Below the pieces are notes generated by a model, which saw only the letters and a program-made list of their open reading frames with translations, searched no databases and was not told the origin of the DNA. From Rhodospirillaceae bacterium UBA4479 (GTDB lineage: Bacteria > Pseudomonadota > Alphaproteobacteria > Rhodospirillales > Casp-alpha2): a DNA stretch of 44,553 nt. Below are positions 1-7,418 of this stretch, in pieces. Numbering within the stretch: the stretch's first letter is position 1; each line of letters starts with the position of its first letter. The stretch is from contig DGNZ01000424.1 in NCBI GenBank assembly GCA_002389175.1, forward strand, positions 1 to 44,553, given 5' to 3'. Position numbers and translations under genes: made by a program.

Positions 1-287
1 GGTATTTTTAGAGGTGCCCTTAAAAGCGGCTTGGGATCAAATTCGGTGTGGGCCATTCGATGTAATTTACGTCTCAACGCCACAGACTGACTGAGCCGAA
101 AGGCATTCATCGGCAGCAACGCACCATGCAATAAAATAATATTACCCAATTCGGCATGAATACCGTATGTCAGATAAAGCACATTCCCGATCATCGCCAC
201 CACACGCAGCGTGATGATCGTTTTCATCAAGAAGGTCACAAATACAGCGCCGGATGCTGCGTACCCTAGAATTTCGATCCACCCCAA
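1..287 (-). CDS. Partial membrane protein, YgjV-like N-terminus of the type usually fused to a cyclic-nucleotide-binding domain; runs off the window edge or is interrupted
   Basis: Not in the ORF track. TTG at 287 follows a G-rich RBS (AGGGGGG). It translates as MGWIEILGYAASGAVFVTFLMKTIITLRVVAMIGNVLYLTYG...LLHGALLPMNAFRL, with no stop before position 1. Confidence 0.7.
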   Translation of the reverse strand, partial: MGWIEILGYAASGAVFVTFLMKTIITLRVVAMIGNVLYLTYGIHAELGNIILLHGALLPMNAFRLSQSVALRRKLHRMAHTEFDPKPLLRAPLKI

Positions 288-384
288 TGTTTACCCCCCT
301 CGAGCAAATGGTTTGTTGTTTTCACTAGGGTCAAATATTTCTCATTTGCTTACAACGCTGAATGTGAACCCGTTGCCGAATATC

Positions 385-412
385 TTGACCAAAACGTCAA
401 TCGGCGTATGTT
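385..412 (+). promoter_or_regulatory. Putative sigma70 promoter TTGACC-N16-TATGTT with the inverted repeat TTGAC-N6-GTCAA over the -35
   Basis: Motifs read directly at 385-400 and 407-412. Confidence 0.4.
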
Positions 413-418
413 TACCGC

Positions 419-497
419 ATGAAAATGTTCGTTTCGATGATTGGCCGAATTACAGGCCCGGTGACCCGCTAGGTCGCCGGGACACGCGCTTGCGCGT
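419..497 (+). promoter_or_regulatory. Putative leader peptide (MKMFVSMIGRITGPVTR*, 419-472) with two hairpins; attenuator-like
   Basis: 17-codon ORF whose stop lies in the loop region of hairpin CCCGGTGACC-cgcta-GGTCGCCGGG (457-481), followed by hairpin ACGCGC-tt-GCGCGT (484-497) and ATTT. Confidence 0.4.
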
Positions 498-530
498 ATT
501 TCGCCAAACTATCATCGAAAGGACTTTATC

Positions 531-836
531 ATGACCCCGTCATTGGGTGGCCCATCCACCCCCCAAAACACCACATTCACCGCCTGTTTTTCTGTCGTCT
601 CGGAAACCGATCCAAATGCGCTGAGCCGTATCTTGGAGCCGTTTACAAAACGCGGCCTGACCCCCAGCCATGTCTATGCCATGCGGACGGGTCCTGACGG
701 CGAGATCTTACACGTTGATCTGCAATTGGCGGATGCCGATGACGATACCGTGCGGCGCATCGCCAACGACCTCCGCGGCATGTGGCTGGTCGATACCGTG
801 CTAACATCTGAAAAGCGCTACGCCGAAACGGGCTGA
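531..836 (+). CDS. Small stand-alone ACT-domain protein (IlvH/IlvM-like fold)
   Basis: FSVVSETDPNALSRILEPFTKRGLTP resembles the ACT ligand-binding loop. RBS AAGGA upstream. Confidence 0.65.
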   Translation: MTPSLGGPSTPQNTTFTACFSVVSETDPNALSRILEPFTKRGLTPSHVYAMRTGPDGEILHVDLQLADADDDTVRRIANDLRGMWLVDTVLTSEKRYAETG

Positions 837-861
837 AACGACCCCGTATGAAGGAGCCTGA

Positions 862-1734
862 ATGAGCCTGCTGGACCGCATCGCCGACTGTTCTGAATTC
901 ACACCCGATGCCTATCGGCCGTTTGTCGTGGATGGCAAATCACTCGGTCGTATTCGGAATGAATTCGCAACGGCGCTCGCGGAATTTCCAGACGTGTTCA
1001 TCGTAACCTCAGACGCGGTCACACTTTCGGATAAGCTGACGTCACCCCAGACACGGACTGCTGCCGTGGCCCAAGTGCTGGAAATTCTAAAATCCAAGGG
1101 CATGATCCCCGGTTGGCGCGGGGAGCCGTATCCGGTTTCGACAGGTTTTTATGATCCCCCACTACTGACAATTGAGCGTGCGTCGTCGATCCTGTTTGGC
1201 ACCATGGCTTACGGCGTGAATCTGAATGCATACGTGCGCCGAGACGATGGCATTCACATGTGGATCGCGCGTAGGTCAGCTCAAAAACCGGTGGCGCCTG
1301 GGAAGCTCGATCACATTGTCGCAGGCGGTCAGCCGACAGGGCTTTCGGTTTCAGAAAACCTGATTAAGGAATGCTGGGAAGAAGCCGGCATCCCCGCCGA
1401 AATCGCCAGCCAGTCGACCCCGGTCGGTACAATTTCATATTTGACCGAACGTGCCGGAGGCCTGCGGCACAGTTTGTTCTTTAATTTTGATCTGGAATTG
1501 GATGACCCATTCGAACCGAACAACATCGATGGCGAGGTGGACGAATTCTTTTTGTGGCACATGGACGATGTCATGGACCGGATGGCAACCACCGAGGATT
1601 TCAAGTTTGATGTCCCCATTGGCATCCTTGATTTTGCCGTACGCCACGGAATTTTAAGTCCTGATAACCCGGACTATATCGCAATTAACGAGGCGCTTCG
1701 TATGGGGCGCGCAGGCCCACTTTCGGCGCGCTAA
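862..1734 (+). CDS. NUDIX hydrolase, DUF4743 / thiamine-pyrophosphokinase-related type
   Basis: Nudix box AGGQPTGLSVSENLIKECWEEAGI, plus GWRGEPY, WIARRS and PNNIDGEVDEF motifs. Confidence 0.85.
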   Translation: MSLLDRIADCSEFTPDAYRPFVVDGKSLGRIRNEFATALAEFPDVFIVTSDAVTLSDKLTSPQTRTAAVAQVLEILKSKGMIPGWRGEPYPVSTGFYDPPLLTIERASSILFGTMAYGVNLNAYVRRDDGIHMWIARRSAQKPVAPGKLDHIVAGGQPTGLSVSENLIKECWEEAGIPAEIASQSTPVGTISYLTERAGGLRHSLFFNFDLELDDPFEPNNIDGEVDEFFLWHMDDVMDRMATTEDFKFDVPIGILDFAVRHGILSPDNPDYIAINEALRMGRAGPLSAR

Positions 1735-1781
1735 CCGCAAAGCCCTTTTCTACTCACTTCGGCCCCTGTTAAGTTGAGACT

Positions 1782-2741
1782 ATGGATACTGCACCTCGCC
1801 ACATGGACTTGTTCCCAAAGATCGAACCTTATGACCGCGGCATGCTCGAGGTCGGGGATGGGCACTCTTTATATTTCGAACAGACGGGCAATCCGCGCGG
1901 CGTGCCGGTGGTGTTTTTACACGGCGGCCCCGGTGCCGGATCTAATCCCGCGCACCGCCGTTTCTTTGATCCCGCCTTTTATCGGATTGTTGTCTTCGAT
2001 CAACGTGGTTCCGGGCGCTCGCGCCCGTTTGCATCAATCGAAAACAATACAACGGACGATCTCGTCGACGATATTGAACGCCTTCGTAAGCATTTAAATA
2101 TCGATAGCTGGCTGGTGTTCGGTGGATCATGGGGATCAACCCTGGCGTTGGTCTATGCGATCCGCCACACAGATCACTGCCGGGGCCTGGTGCTTCGCGG
2201 TATTTTCTTGGGCTCAACCGCAGAACTCGATTGGTTCCTGCATGGTATCCAAAAAGTATTTCCAGAAGCGGCACGACGGTTTTTTGAATTCATCCCCGAA
2301 GACGAGCGCCACGATATCCTGGCCGCCTACCATAAACGCCTGATTGATCCTGCCGGTGATGTCCACTTGCCCGCCGCCGCATATTGGGCGGGGTATGAAA
2401 CATCGTGCTCTAACCTGCTCGCGTCACCCAGCGAAGCGCCACCGACCGCGTCTAATGGGGCTTTATCCTTGGCCCGTATCGAAGCCCATTTCTTCGTCAA
2501 CGATGTGTTCATCGGCGATACCGAGATTTTGAATAACGTCGACAAGTTGCGCCACCTGCCATGTGTCGTTGTCCAAGGACGATATGACATGGTTTGCCCT
2601 ATCGTCACGGCGGATGCGTTGGTCCAGGCGTGGCCCGAAATCGATTATCGGGTCGTGGTTGAAGCGGGACATTCCGCGATGGAACCGGGTATTAGGTCCA
2701 ATTTGGTGCGCGCGACCGAGAGTCTCAAAGACAAACTCTGA
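1782..2741 (+). CDS. pip: Proline iminopeptidase (prolyl aminopeptidase, S33)
   Basis: LHGGPG, FDQRGSGRS, nucleophile motif GGSWGSTL, QGRYD and AGHS. Confidence 0.95.
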   Translation: MDTAPRHMDLFPKIEPYDRGMLEVGDGHSLYFEQTGNPRGVPVVFLHGGPGAGSNPAHRRFFDPAFYRIVVFDQRGSGRSRPFASIENNTTDDLVDDIERLRKHLNIDSWLVFGGSWGSTLALVYAIRHTDHCRGLVLRGIFLGSTAELDWFLHGIQKVFPEAARRFFEFIPEDERHDILAAYHKRLIDPAGDVHLPAAAYWAGYETSCSNLLASPSEAPPTASNGALSLARIEAHFFVNDVFIGDTEILNNVDKLRHLPCVVVQGRYDMVCPIVTADALVQAWPEIDYRVVVEAGHSAMEPGIRSNLVRATESLKDKL

Positions 2742-2845
2742 GTTTTTCCCTACATATCCAGTAATCTAACCCCGGTTAGAATTGACCGAGTCCATAGCTA
2801 AGCTTAAGTTGCCAAAAGCTATATGTTGGGGGATCGCGCTCAGAA

Positions 2846-3367
2846 ATGCGCATACTTGGTTTTATATTTTTAACTGTATTACTTTCGACGCGACCAGCAG
2901 TTGCGGACGATTGGATTAGCTTGGCTAAGGGCGATCCCGCTTACGTGACGTTCTCTTCTGGTTATTTTGGGGGCGACCGGGAAAAAGACGAAGAGGCTGA
3001 GCTTTCGCTTGAATACCGATCCAACTATCAGTTTTGGGGCATTAAGCCCTTTGTGCACGCGGCCTACATCACCAACAACATGACGTTCCTGGGTGCAGGC
3101 ATTCTGCTGGATGTGCAACTTGGTGACAATTGGATCATCCAACCATCGGTCGCCCCGACGTGGTGGCGGGGCGCAACGGATACGCTGGATCTGGATTACG
3201 GCCTACAATTCAGATCCCGCCTCGAGATCGCATATCGGTTTCCCGATAATTCCAGGTTGGGCCTTTCAGCAACGCACAGCTCAAACGCTGGCCTGGGGAA
3301 TCATAACCCGGGGGCCGAATCAATTATGTTGAATGTATCGGTGCCGACGGGGTTCTTTCAGTATTGA
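2846..3367 (+). CDS. Outer-membrane acyloxyacyl hydrolase / lipid A 3-O-deacylase (PagL family)
   Basis: Signal peptide, beta-barrel pattern, FRSRLEIAYRF and catalytic H-S-S-N-A-G...NPG-x-E. Confidence 0.85.
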   Translation: MRILGFIFLTVLLSTRPAVADDWISLAKGDPAYVTFSSGYFGGDREKDEEAELSLEYRSNYQFWGIKPFVHAAYITNNMTFLGAGILLDVQLGDNWIIQPSVAPTWWRGATDTLDLDYGLQFRSRLEIAYRFPDNSRLGLSATHSSNAGLGNHNPGAESIMLNVSVPTGFFQY

Positions 3368-4133
3368 TCGACGTCTCGGGTGGGCTATTCCACGCCCACG
3401 AACCTGCCACGATATATAATCCAAATACGAACAACGATATAAAGAAGACGCGGCGAAATTTTTCTTCGGACAGTAATTTGCGGATATGCTGCCCGATGAC
3501 CATGCCGATCAGCGCAGGGATCACACCCAACGCCGATAAAATCCCAAGCTCCGTCGTCAGTAAATTATTACCGCCCAAGGCAACGGCGAGGGCCACCGTG
3601 GACACGGTGAATAGCATACCCATGGCCTGGATTAAGGTATCGCGCGGCAACCCGATGGATTGCAAAAACATCACCCCCGGCACCACGAATGATCCCGTCA
3701 TGCCTGTCAAAATACCGTTCACTGTGCCGAACACGGGTCCGGCCCAGCGTTCGTGTCCGCGTGAAATGGTCAGACGCACACCCGCCAAACTGATCACCGC
3801 ATAGGTCGTGATCAACGCCCCTAATAATGCGGACAACAGAGACACATCGACGCGGGTCAGCGCTGTGCCACCGAACCACACCATCACCGTCGCCAATGTC
3901 AAAAACGGCCAAAGTCGCTTGATGATCTCGCGCCCATGTCCGCCAACGGCCGCCTGCCAAACATTGGTGATGAACGATGGCAGCAGCAACAGCGCCATCG
4001 CGCTCGGCAGATCAAGTGCTACGGTCAACAACGCCAAACTAACCGTCGGCAAACCCAACCCGATGACGCCTTTGACGGTACCGGCAAGAACGAATGTGGC
4101 GAGGACGATGGCAAGAATGGTGGGATCGAACAT
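3324..4133 (-). CDS. Sulfite exporter TauE/SafE family membrane protein
   Basis: AGTVKGVIGLG and GILTGMTG repeat motifs, about 8 TM helices. Start taken at ATG 4133 (alternative 4154). Confidence 0.85.
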   Translation of the reverse strand: MFDPTILAIVLATFVLAGTVKGVIGLGLPTVSLALLTVALDLPSAMALLLLPSFITNVWQAAVGGHGREIIKRLWPFLTLATVMVWFGGTALTRVDVSLLSALLGALITTYAVISLAGVRLTISRGHERWAGPVFGTVNGILTGMTGSFVVPGVMFLQSIGLPRDTLIQAMGMLFTVSTVALAVALGGNNLLTTELGILSALGVIPALIGMVIGQHIRKLLSEEKFRRVFFISLFVFGLYIVAGSWAWNSPPETSINTERTPSAPIHST

Positions 4134-4224
4134 GGGGCATGCTACGCCGTCCATTCGATCACGAAAAGCACACCGTTATTCGGCCAATTGAAAGCCCTTC
4201 AACAAGGGTGTAGGAAATCGGTGT

Positions 4225-4301
4225 GCGCCCGTAGCTCAGTAGGATAGAGCACCAGATTCCTAATCTGGGGGTCGTGGGTTCGAATCCCGCCGGGCGCACC
4301 A
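4225..4301 (+). tRNA. tRNA-Arg(CCT)
   Basis: Acceptor stem GCGCCCG/CGGGCGC, anticodon arm CCAGA-TTCCTAA-TCTGG, T-loop GGTTCGAATCC, encoded CCA; 77 nt. Confidence 0.98.
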
Positions 4302-4348
4302 TTCCTTTCAATGACTTAGCAGATTTACAAACACTCACAAAACCCTTC

Positions 4349-4369
4349 GGGGTAACATATGGGGTAACA
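4349..4369 (+). repeat. GGGGTAACA direct repeat x2, arm-type integrase site-like
   Basis: Copies at 4349-4357 and 4361-4369, about 50 bp from the tRNA 3' end. Confidence 0.6.
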
Positions 4370-4401
4370 CGCTCGTGGTTTATCCTGCCTGCATTGACGC
4401 A

Positions 4402-4457
4402 ATTATCCATTTAATGCCTCAAATCAGACATTTCCGGCATTGATGTCCGCTTAAGGG
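4402..4457. repeat. Repeat R1 (degenerate, partial GTCCGCTT-type palindromic element)
   Basis: CAGACAT-N11-ATGTCCG inverted pair continuing as ATGTCCGCTTAAGGG. It shares the GTCCGCTTA core with R2. Confidence 0.55.
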
Positions 4458-4623
4458 AGTTGCTGGAACGCTTGGTATGGCTGCAATAAATGAGGAGGCT
4501 TCTCAGATCGAGCAGAACGCAAAATCTAATAAACTGATCTCGGCTCAAGAAAATATTTCAAAACTGGCTGCCGCAACCAGCGAAGCAGTTGCGTTAATAG
4601 AAGGCCAGGCTAAAAGGTTATGA
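4450..4623 (+). pseudogene. C-terminal fragment of an Hpt (histidine phosphotransfer) domain
   Basis: LKGVAGTLGMAAINEEASQIEQ matches the (H)xLKGxAGxLG Hpt motif. The His codon and everything upstream is replaced by R1, with an in-frame TGA at 4441. Confidence 0.7.
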
Positions 4624-4759
4624 AGTCGGCTTCGGGTCAAAAGTACGCCTTCTAGGCCATCAAAAATAAGGTCCGCTTAGCCCTCTGAAACCGAAAGTTA
4701 AAATTGGAAAACTGGTTTTCTCACCTTTTACTTCTACTTACCACGCAGTTCCGGTCATA
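4623..4759. repeat. Repeat R2 (multi-palindrome element)
   Basis: AAGTCGGCTTCGGGTCAAAAG...GGTCCGCTTAGCCCTCTGAAACCGAAAGTT...ACTTCTACTTACCACGCAGTTCCGGTCAT. Hand count gives 40/59 ungapped identities with R3. Confidence 0.75.
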
Positions 4760-4817
4760 ATTCGGGCGGTAGATTGATGGCGTTACCGATCGGCGCGTCG
4801 ATGACGAAAGTCCACAC

Positions 4818-5741
4818 CTAGTCCCCCGACACCTGCCGATAATGCCTCGCAACTTCCCCTGGCCTAGTAACCCAAACATCCGTCTCGTGCGCCTGAATGT
4901 GTTCGAGCAGCCTTCTCAGGTGCTTTAGACGGTAAGGTTGCCCGGCAATGAAACTGTGTAAGGAAACGACAAAGATCTGAGGGTAGGTGTCCGAGGACCG
5001 GCGCATTTCGTCGAACTGATCGATGGCCGAGGAAAAGAATTGATCGGGAGTGTCGCGCCTGAAAACCATTGCCGGCTGATCGTTCAGCTCTATGGGATAG
5101 GGCAGGCACAACATGGGCTCGGGTGTATCTTTATTAGAGGGTGCGGTCTCGCACCAAAACGGTTGATCGTCCATCATACCGAAATCCAGGGTGTAATCGT
5201 AGCCATACTCAGCCAGTAGATCAGGGGTCCGTTCCGACGGCGCCAAATAGGGCGATAGCCAGCCCTGGGGCGGCTTGCCTTCCTCTTTCGTAAGTTGCGC
5301 GGTGACGTCCTCGACCAGTTGCCGTTCTTCGGCTTCCTCCATTGCCGCCAACGGCTTTGAATTGGTGATACCGTGGCCAATGACCTCATCGCCCCGGTTC
5401 CGGTGCGCAGCCATAATCTCGGGCGCATGGTCGTAGACGGCCGTATTGGCGATGACGGCCAGAGGAAAATCCAGCTCATCAAACAGCTCCAACAAACGCC
5501 AAACCCCGACCCGGTTGCCGTATTCACGCCATAGATAACTGCGCAGGTTCGGCGGCGGCGAGGTGCGGTCCAAGTCAACGCCACCCTCACCATAAATGAA
5601 ATGTTCCAGGTTTAAGGCTAAGTAACAGGCTAAGCGCTTGCCGTCCGGCCAACAAAAGTTGGGCCGGGACCCGATGGCGGAAAATGAAATGCGCTTGAAG
5701 TCGGGAAGTTTGGTCATGCGAGTCCAGTTAAAATTGGTCAA
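4818..5741 (-). CDS. Polysaccharide deacetylase (CE4) family, PuuE/cyclic-imide-hydrolase-like
   Basis: WPDGKRLACYLALNLE, WREYGNRVGVWRLL, EVIGHG, PYPIELND and SLHSFIAGQP. Confidence 0.85.
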   Translation of the reverse strand: MTNFNWTRMTKLPDFKRISFSAIGSRPNFCWPDGKRLACYLALNLEHFIYGEGGVDLDRTSPPPNLRSYLWREYGNRVGVWRLLELFDELDFPLAVIANTAVYDHAPEIMAAHRNRGDEVIGHGITNSKPLAAMEEAEERQLVEDVTAQLTKEEGKPPQGWLSPYLAPSERTPDLLAEYGYDYTLDFGMMDDQPFWCETAPSNKDTPEPMLCLPYPIELNDQPAMVFRRDTPDQFFSSAIDQFDEMRRSSDTYPQIFVVSLHSFIAGQPYRLKHLRRLLEHIQAHETDVWVTRPGEVARHYRQVSGD

Positions 5742-5766
5742 TCTTCAGTCCAATATAGCGCACATA

Positions 5767-5802
5767 TAGTCAGATAACAGCTTGTAGTCAGATAACAGCT
5801 TG
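5767..5802 (+). repeat. Exact 18-bp tandem duplication TAGTCAGATAACAGCTTG x2
   Basis: Copies at 5767-5784 and 5785-5802, just upstream of the deacetylase start. Confidence 0.9.
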
Positions 5803-5894
5803 GTCTTTGTGATAAACGGTAAATAGATGCCGCATCATTGGGTTTTAGAATTGACGGTCTCCTACTTATTAAGGAGCGCGGCGGCTGATTGCGG

Positions 5895-5969
5895 ATGTCT
5901 GCTTGGGGTCATCAACAGACCTTTTTAGCCCTCTAAAATGACGTCCGTAAAGCACCCGAAAGCAGACTT
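5895..5969. repeat. Repeat R3 (multi-palindrome element)
   Basis: ATGTCTGCTTGGGGTCATCAACAGAC...GACGTCCGTAAAGCACCCGAAAGCAGACTT, with outer inverted arms GTCTGCTT/AAGCAGAC. It overlaps the recombinase stop codon. Confidence 0.8.
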
Positions 5970-6303
5970 ATGCAGCCTGCCGTTGTTTCAGGTTTTTTAC
6001 CGTAGTCGGATACCACTTACCGCCGCGTGCGGTGTGAATGCCGCGAGCGTTCAGGGCGTTGGCGATGGCCTGCAGGGTGTTCGCGCCGGTGGCTTCAATT
6101 TCGCGCACTATCGGCAAGACGTTGTCTGCGAACTGTGCGGCCTGGTCCCGGTTGGCCTGGTTGGCCTTGGCCGTGGCTTGGCGCTGTTCGCATTTACGCG
6201 ACGGCATGGACCAGCCTAACCGCGTGCCGCGTGCTTTCGATGCCTGCAGGGCCGCTTTGGTGCGTTGGCTTATCATTTCGCGTTCATGCTCTGCCACGGC
6301 TGC
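5968..6303 (-). pseudogene. Serine recombinase (resolvase-type plus short recombinase DNA-binding domain), 5'-truncated
   Basis: Helix E AAVAEHEREMISQRTKAALQASKARG and C-terminal IANALNARGIHTARGGKWYPTTV. The catalytic YxRxS N-terminus is absent. Confidence 0.85.
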
Positions 6304-6305
6304 CG

Positions 6306-6440
6306 ATCGCGGGCCGCCTTGGTATGAAGCCAGAGACATTATCGCGGGCTTTTGCAAAGTTGCGCGGATTTGGTGTGCAGGTCAAAGGCACACAAGTCAT
6401 GGTGTCTGAGGTCAAGCGCCTTAGGGAACGCGTGGCGTAA
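6306..6440 (+). pseudogene. Crp/Fnr-family HTH C-terminal fragment
   Basis: IAGRLGMKPETLSRAFAKLRGFGV contains the E-T-x-S-R recognition helix. No cNMP-binding domain lies upstream. Confidence 0.75.
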
Positions 6441-6909
6441 TCATTTTCAATCGGCCCCCCGTGGGATCGAAAACAGCTTTTGTTTGCGCCCGAGCTGCCC
6501 AGCGTTTTCCACCGATATCTACATCAACAACAGCATCGATGGCGTCGCGAGACACAGATGCAATTGCAACGTGCGCACTCACGCGATGACCGTATGTCGC
6601 GGATGTGGTCTGCCCGATGATGCGGTCGCCCTGATAGATCGGCTCATTACCTAATGGCCAGGCGTTCGGATCATCGAACAATAGGGTGGCTATTTGCATC
6701 GCTGGGGTTTCGTATTTTGATTTCATCAACGCATAGCGGCCGATAAAATCCGTATCCCACGCGATAGCAAAACCCAGCGGCGTCGCAAGCGGACTGGTAT
6801 CCGTATCCATGTCGTGCCCATAAGCCAGAAACTGTTTTTCAATCCGCATCGACGTTTGCGCATACATGACAGCCGGACCTGCACCTGATAACACGGCATA
6901 AAGTTCCAA
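6421..6909 (-). pseudogene. GcvT-family (sarcosine/dimethylglycine dehydrogenase-like) C-terminal fragment
   Basis: SMRIEKQFLAYGHDM, FIGR, GNEPIY, TSATYGHRV and VFDPTGGRLK. The N-terminal part is missing. Confidence 0.75.
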
Positions 6910-6939
6910 CGCCCTGCCCTGTGTGCAGGTAATTTCCCA

Positions 6940-7406
6940 ACCTGCTTCCCCAACATAAGACGGCGATAGAAAACATCATGATGGCGCCGACGCTGGTCTT
7001 GAAACAGGACGCCGCCGAAGTTGAGGCCCGCGCCCACGCGTTAATCAAAAAAGTGCGTTTGGGCGGCAAAGAAAGCAGCTATCCGGGAGAACTATCTGGC
7101 GGCCAACAACAACGGGTTGCGATTGCCCGCTCGTTGGCGATGCATCCAGACGTGATGTTATTTGATGAAGTGACCGCAGCGCTAGATCCCGAAACCGTCA
7201 AAGAAGTGTTGGTGACGATCCAGGATCTCGCCGAAGAAGGCATGACCTGTATCTTGGTGACCCACGAAATGGGTTTTGCCCGCGAAGTCGCGAACCATAT
7301 TTACTTCACAGATCGTGGTGTCATCGTCGAACACGGCCCACCGGATACGTTCTTTGACGCGGCCACCGATCCGCGCACCAAGGAATTCCTTAGTCAGATA
7401 TTGTAA
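6940..7406 (+). pseudogene. Polar amino-acid ABC transporter ATPase (GlnQ-like), 5'-truncated
   Basis: LSGGQQQRVAIARSLAM, Walker B VMLFDE and VTHEMGFA are present, but Walker A is not. The NLFPHKTAIEN segment is corrupted by indels near 6940-6960. Confidence 0.8.
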
Positions 7407-7418
7407 CCAGAGATGGGG

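Larger units (their letters stand above)
4302..7406. mobile_element. Decayed tRNA-anchored genomic island (right boundary uncertain)
   Basis: att-like sequence TTTCAATGACTTAGC and direct repeats next to the tRNA 3' end, a recombinase remnant, palindromic repeats and several truncated genes. Confidence 0.65.

Noticed and set aside
211-534. 107-aa plus-strand ORF
   Set aside because: It overlaps the real minus-strand gene, the promoter and the leader hairpins, and has no recognisable motifs.
4159-4410. 83-aa ORF containing MVRPAGFEPTT
   Set aside because: Classic antisense translation of the tRNA.
4402-5969. R1-R3 as a CRISPR array or classical integron attC sites
   Set aside because: The repeats are long, degenerate and gene-spaced. 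There are no cas genes, no IntI and no RYYYAAC/GTTRRRY ends.
5968-6357. 129-aa ORF as an intact recombinase
   Set aside because: The first ~18 residues are antisense of the Crp fragment, and the catalytic serine domain is missing.
6978-7406. Functional ABC ATPase
   Set aside because: No Walker A, a corrupted upstream sequence and no permease or binding-protein genes.
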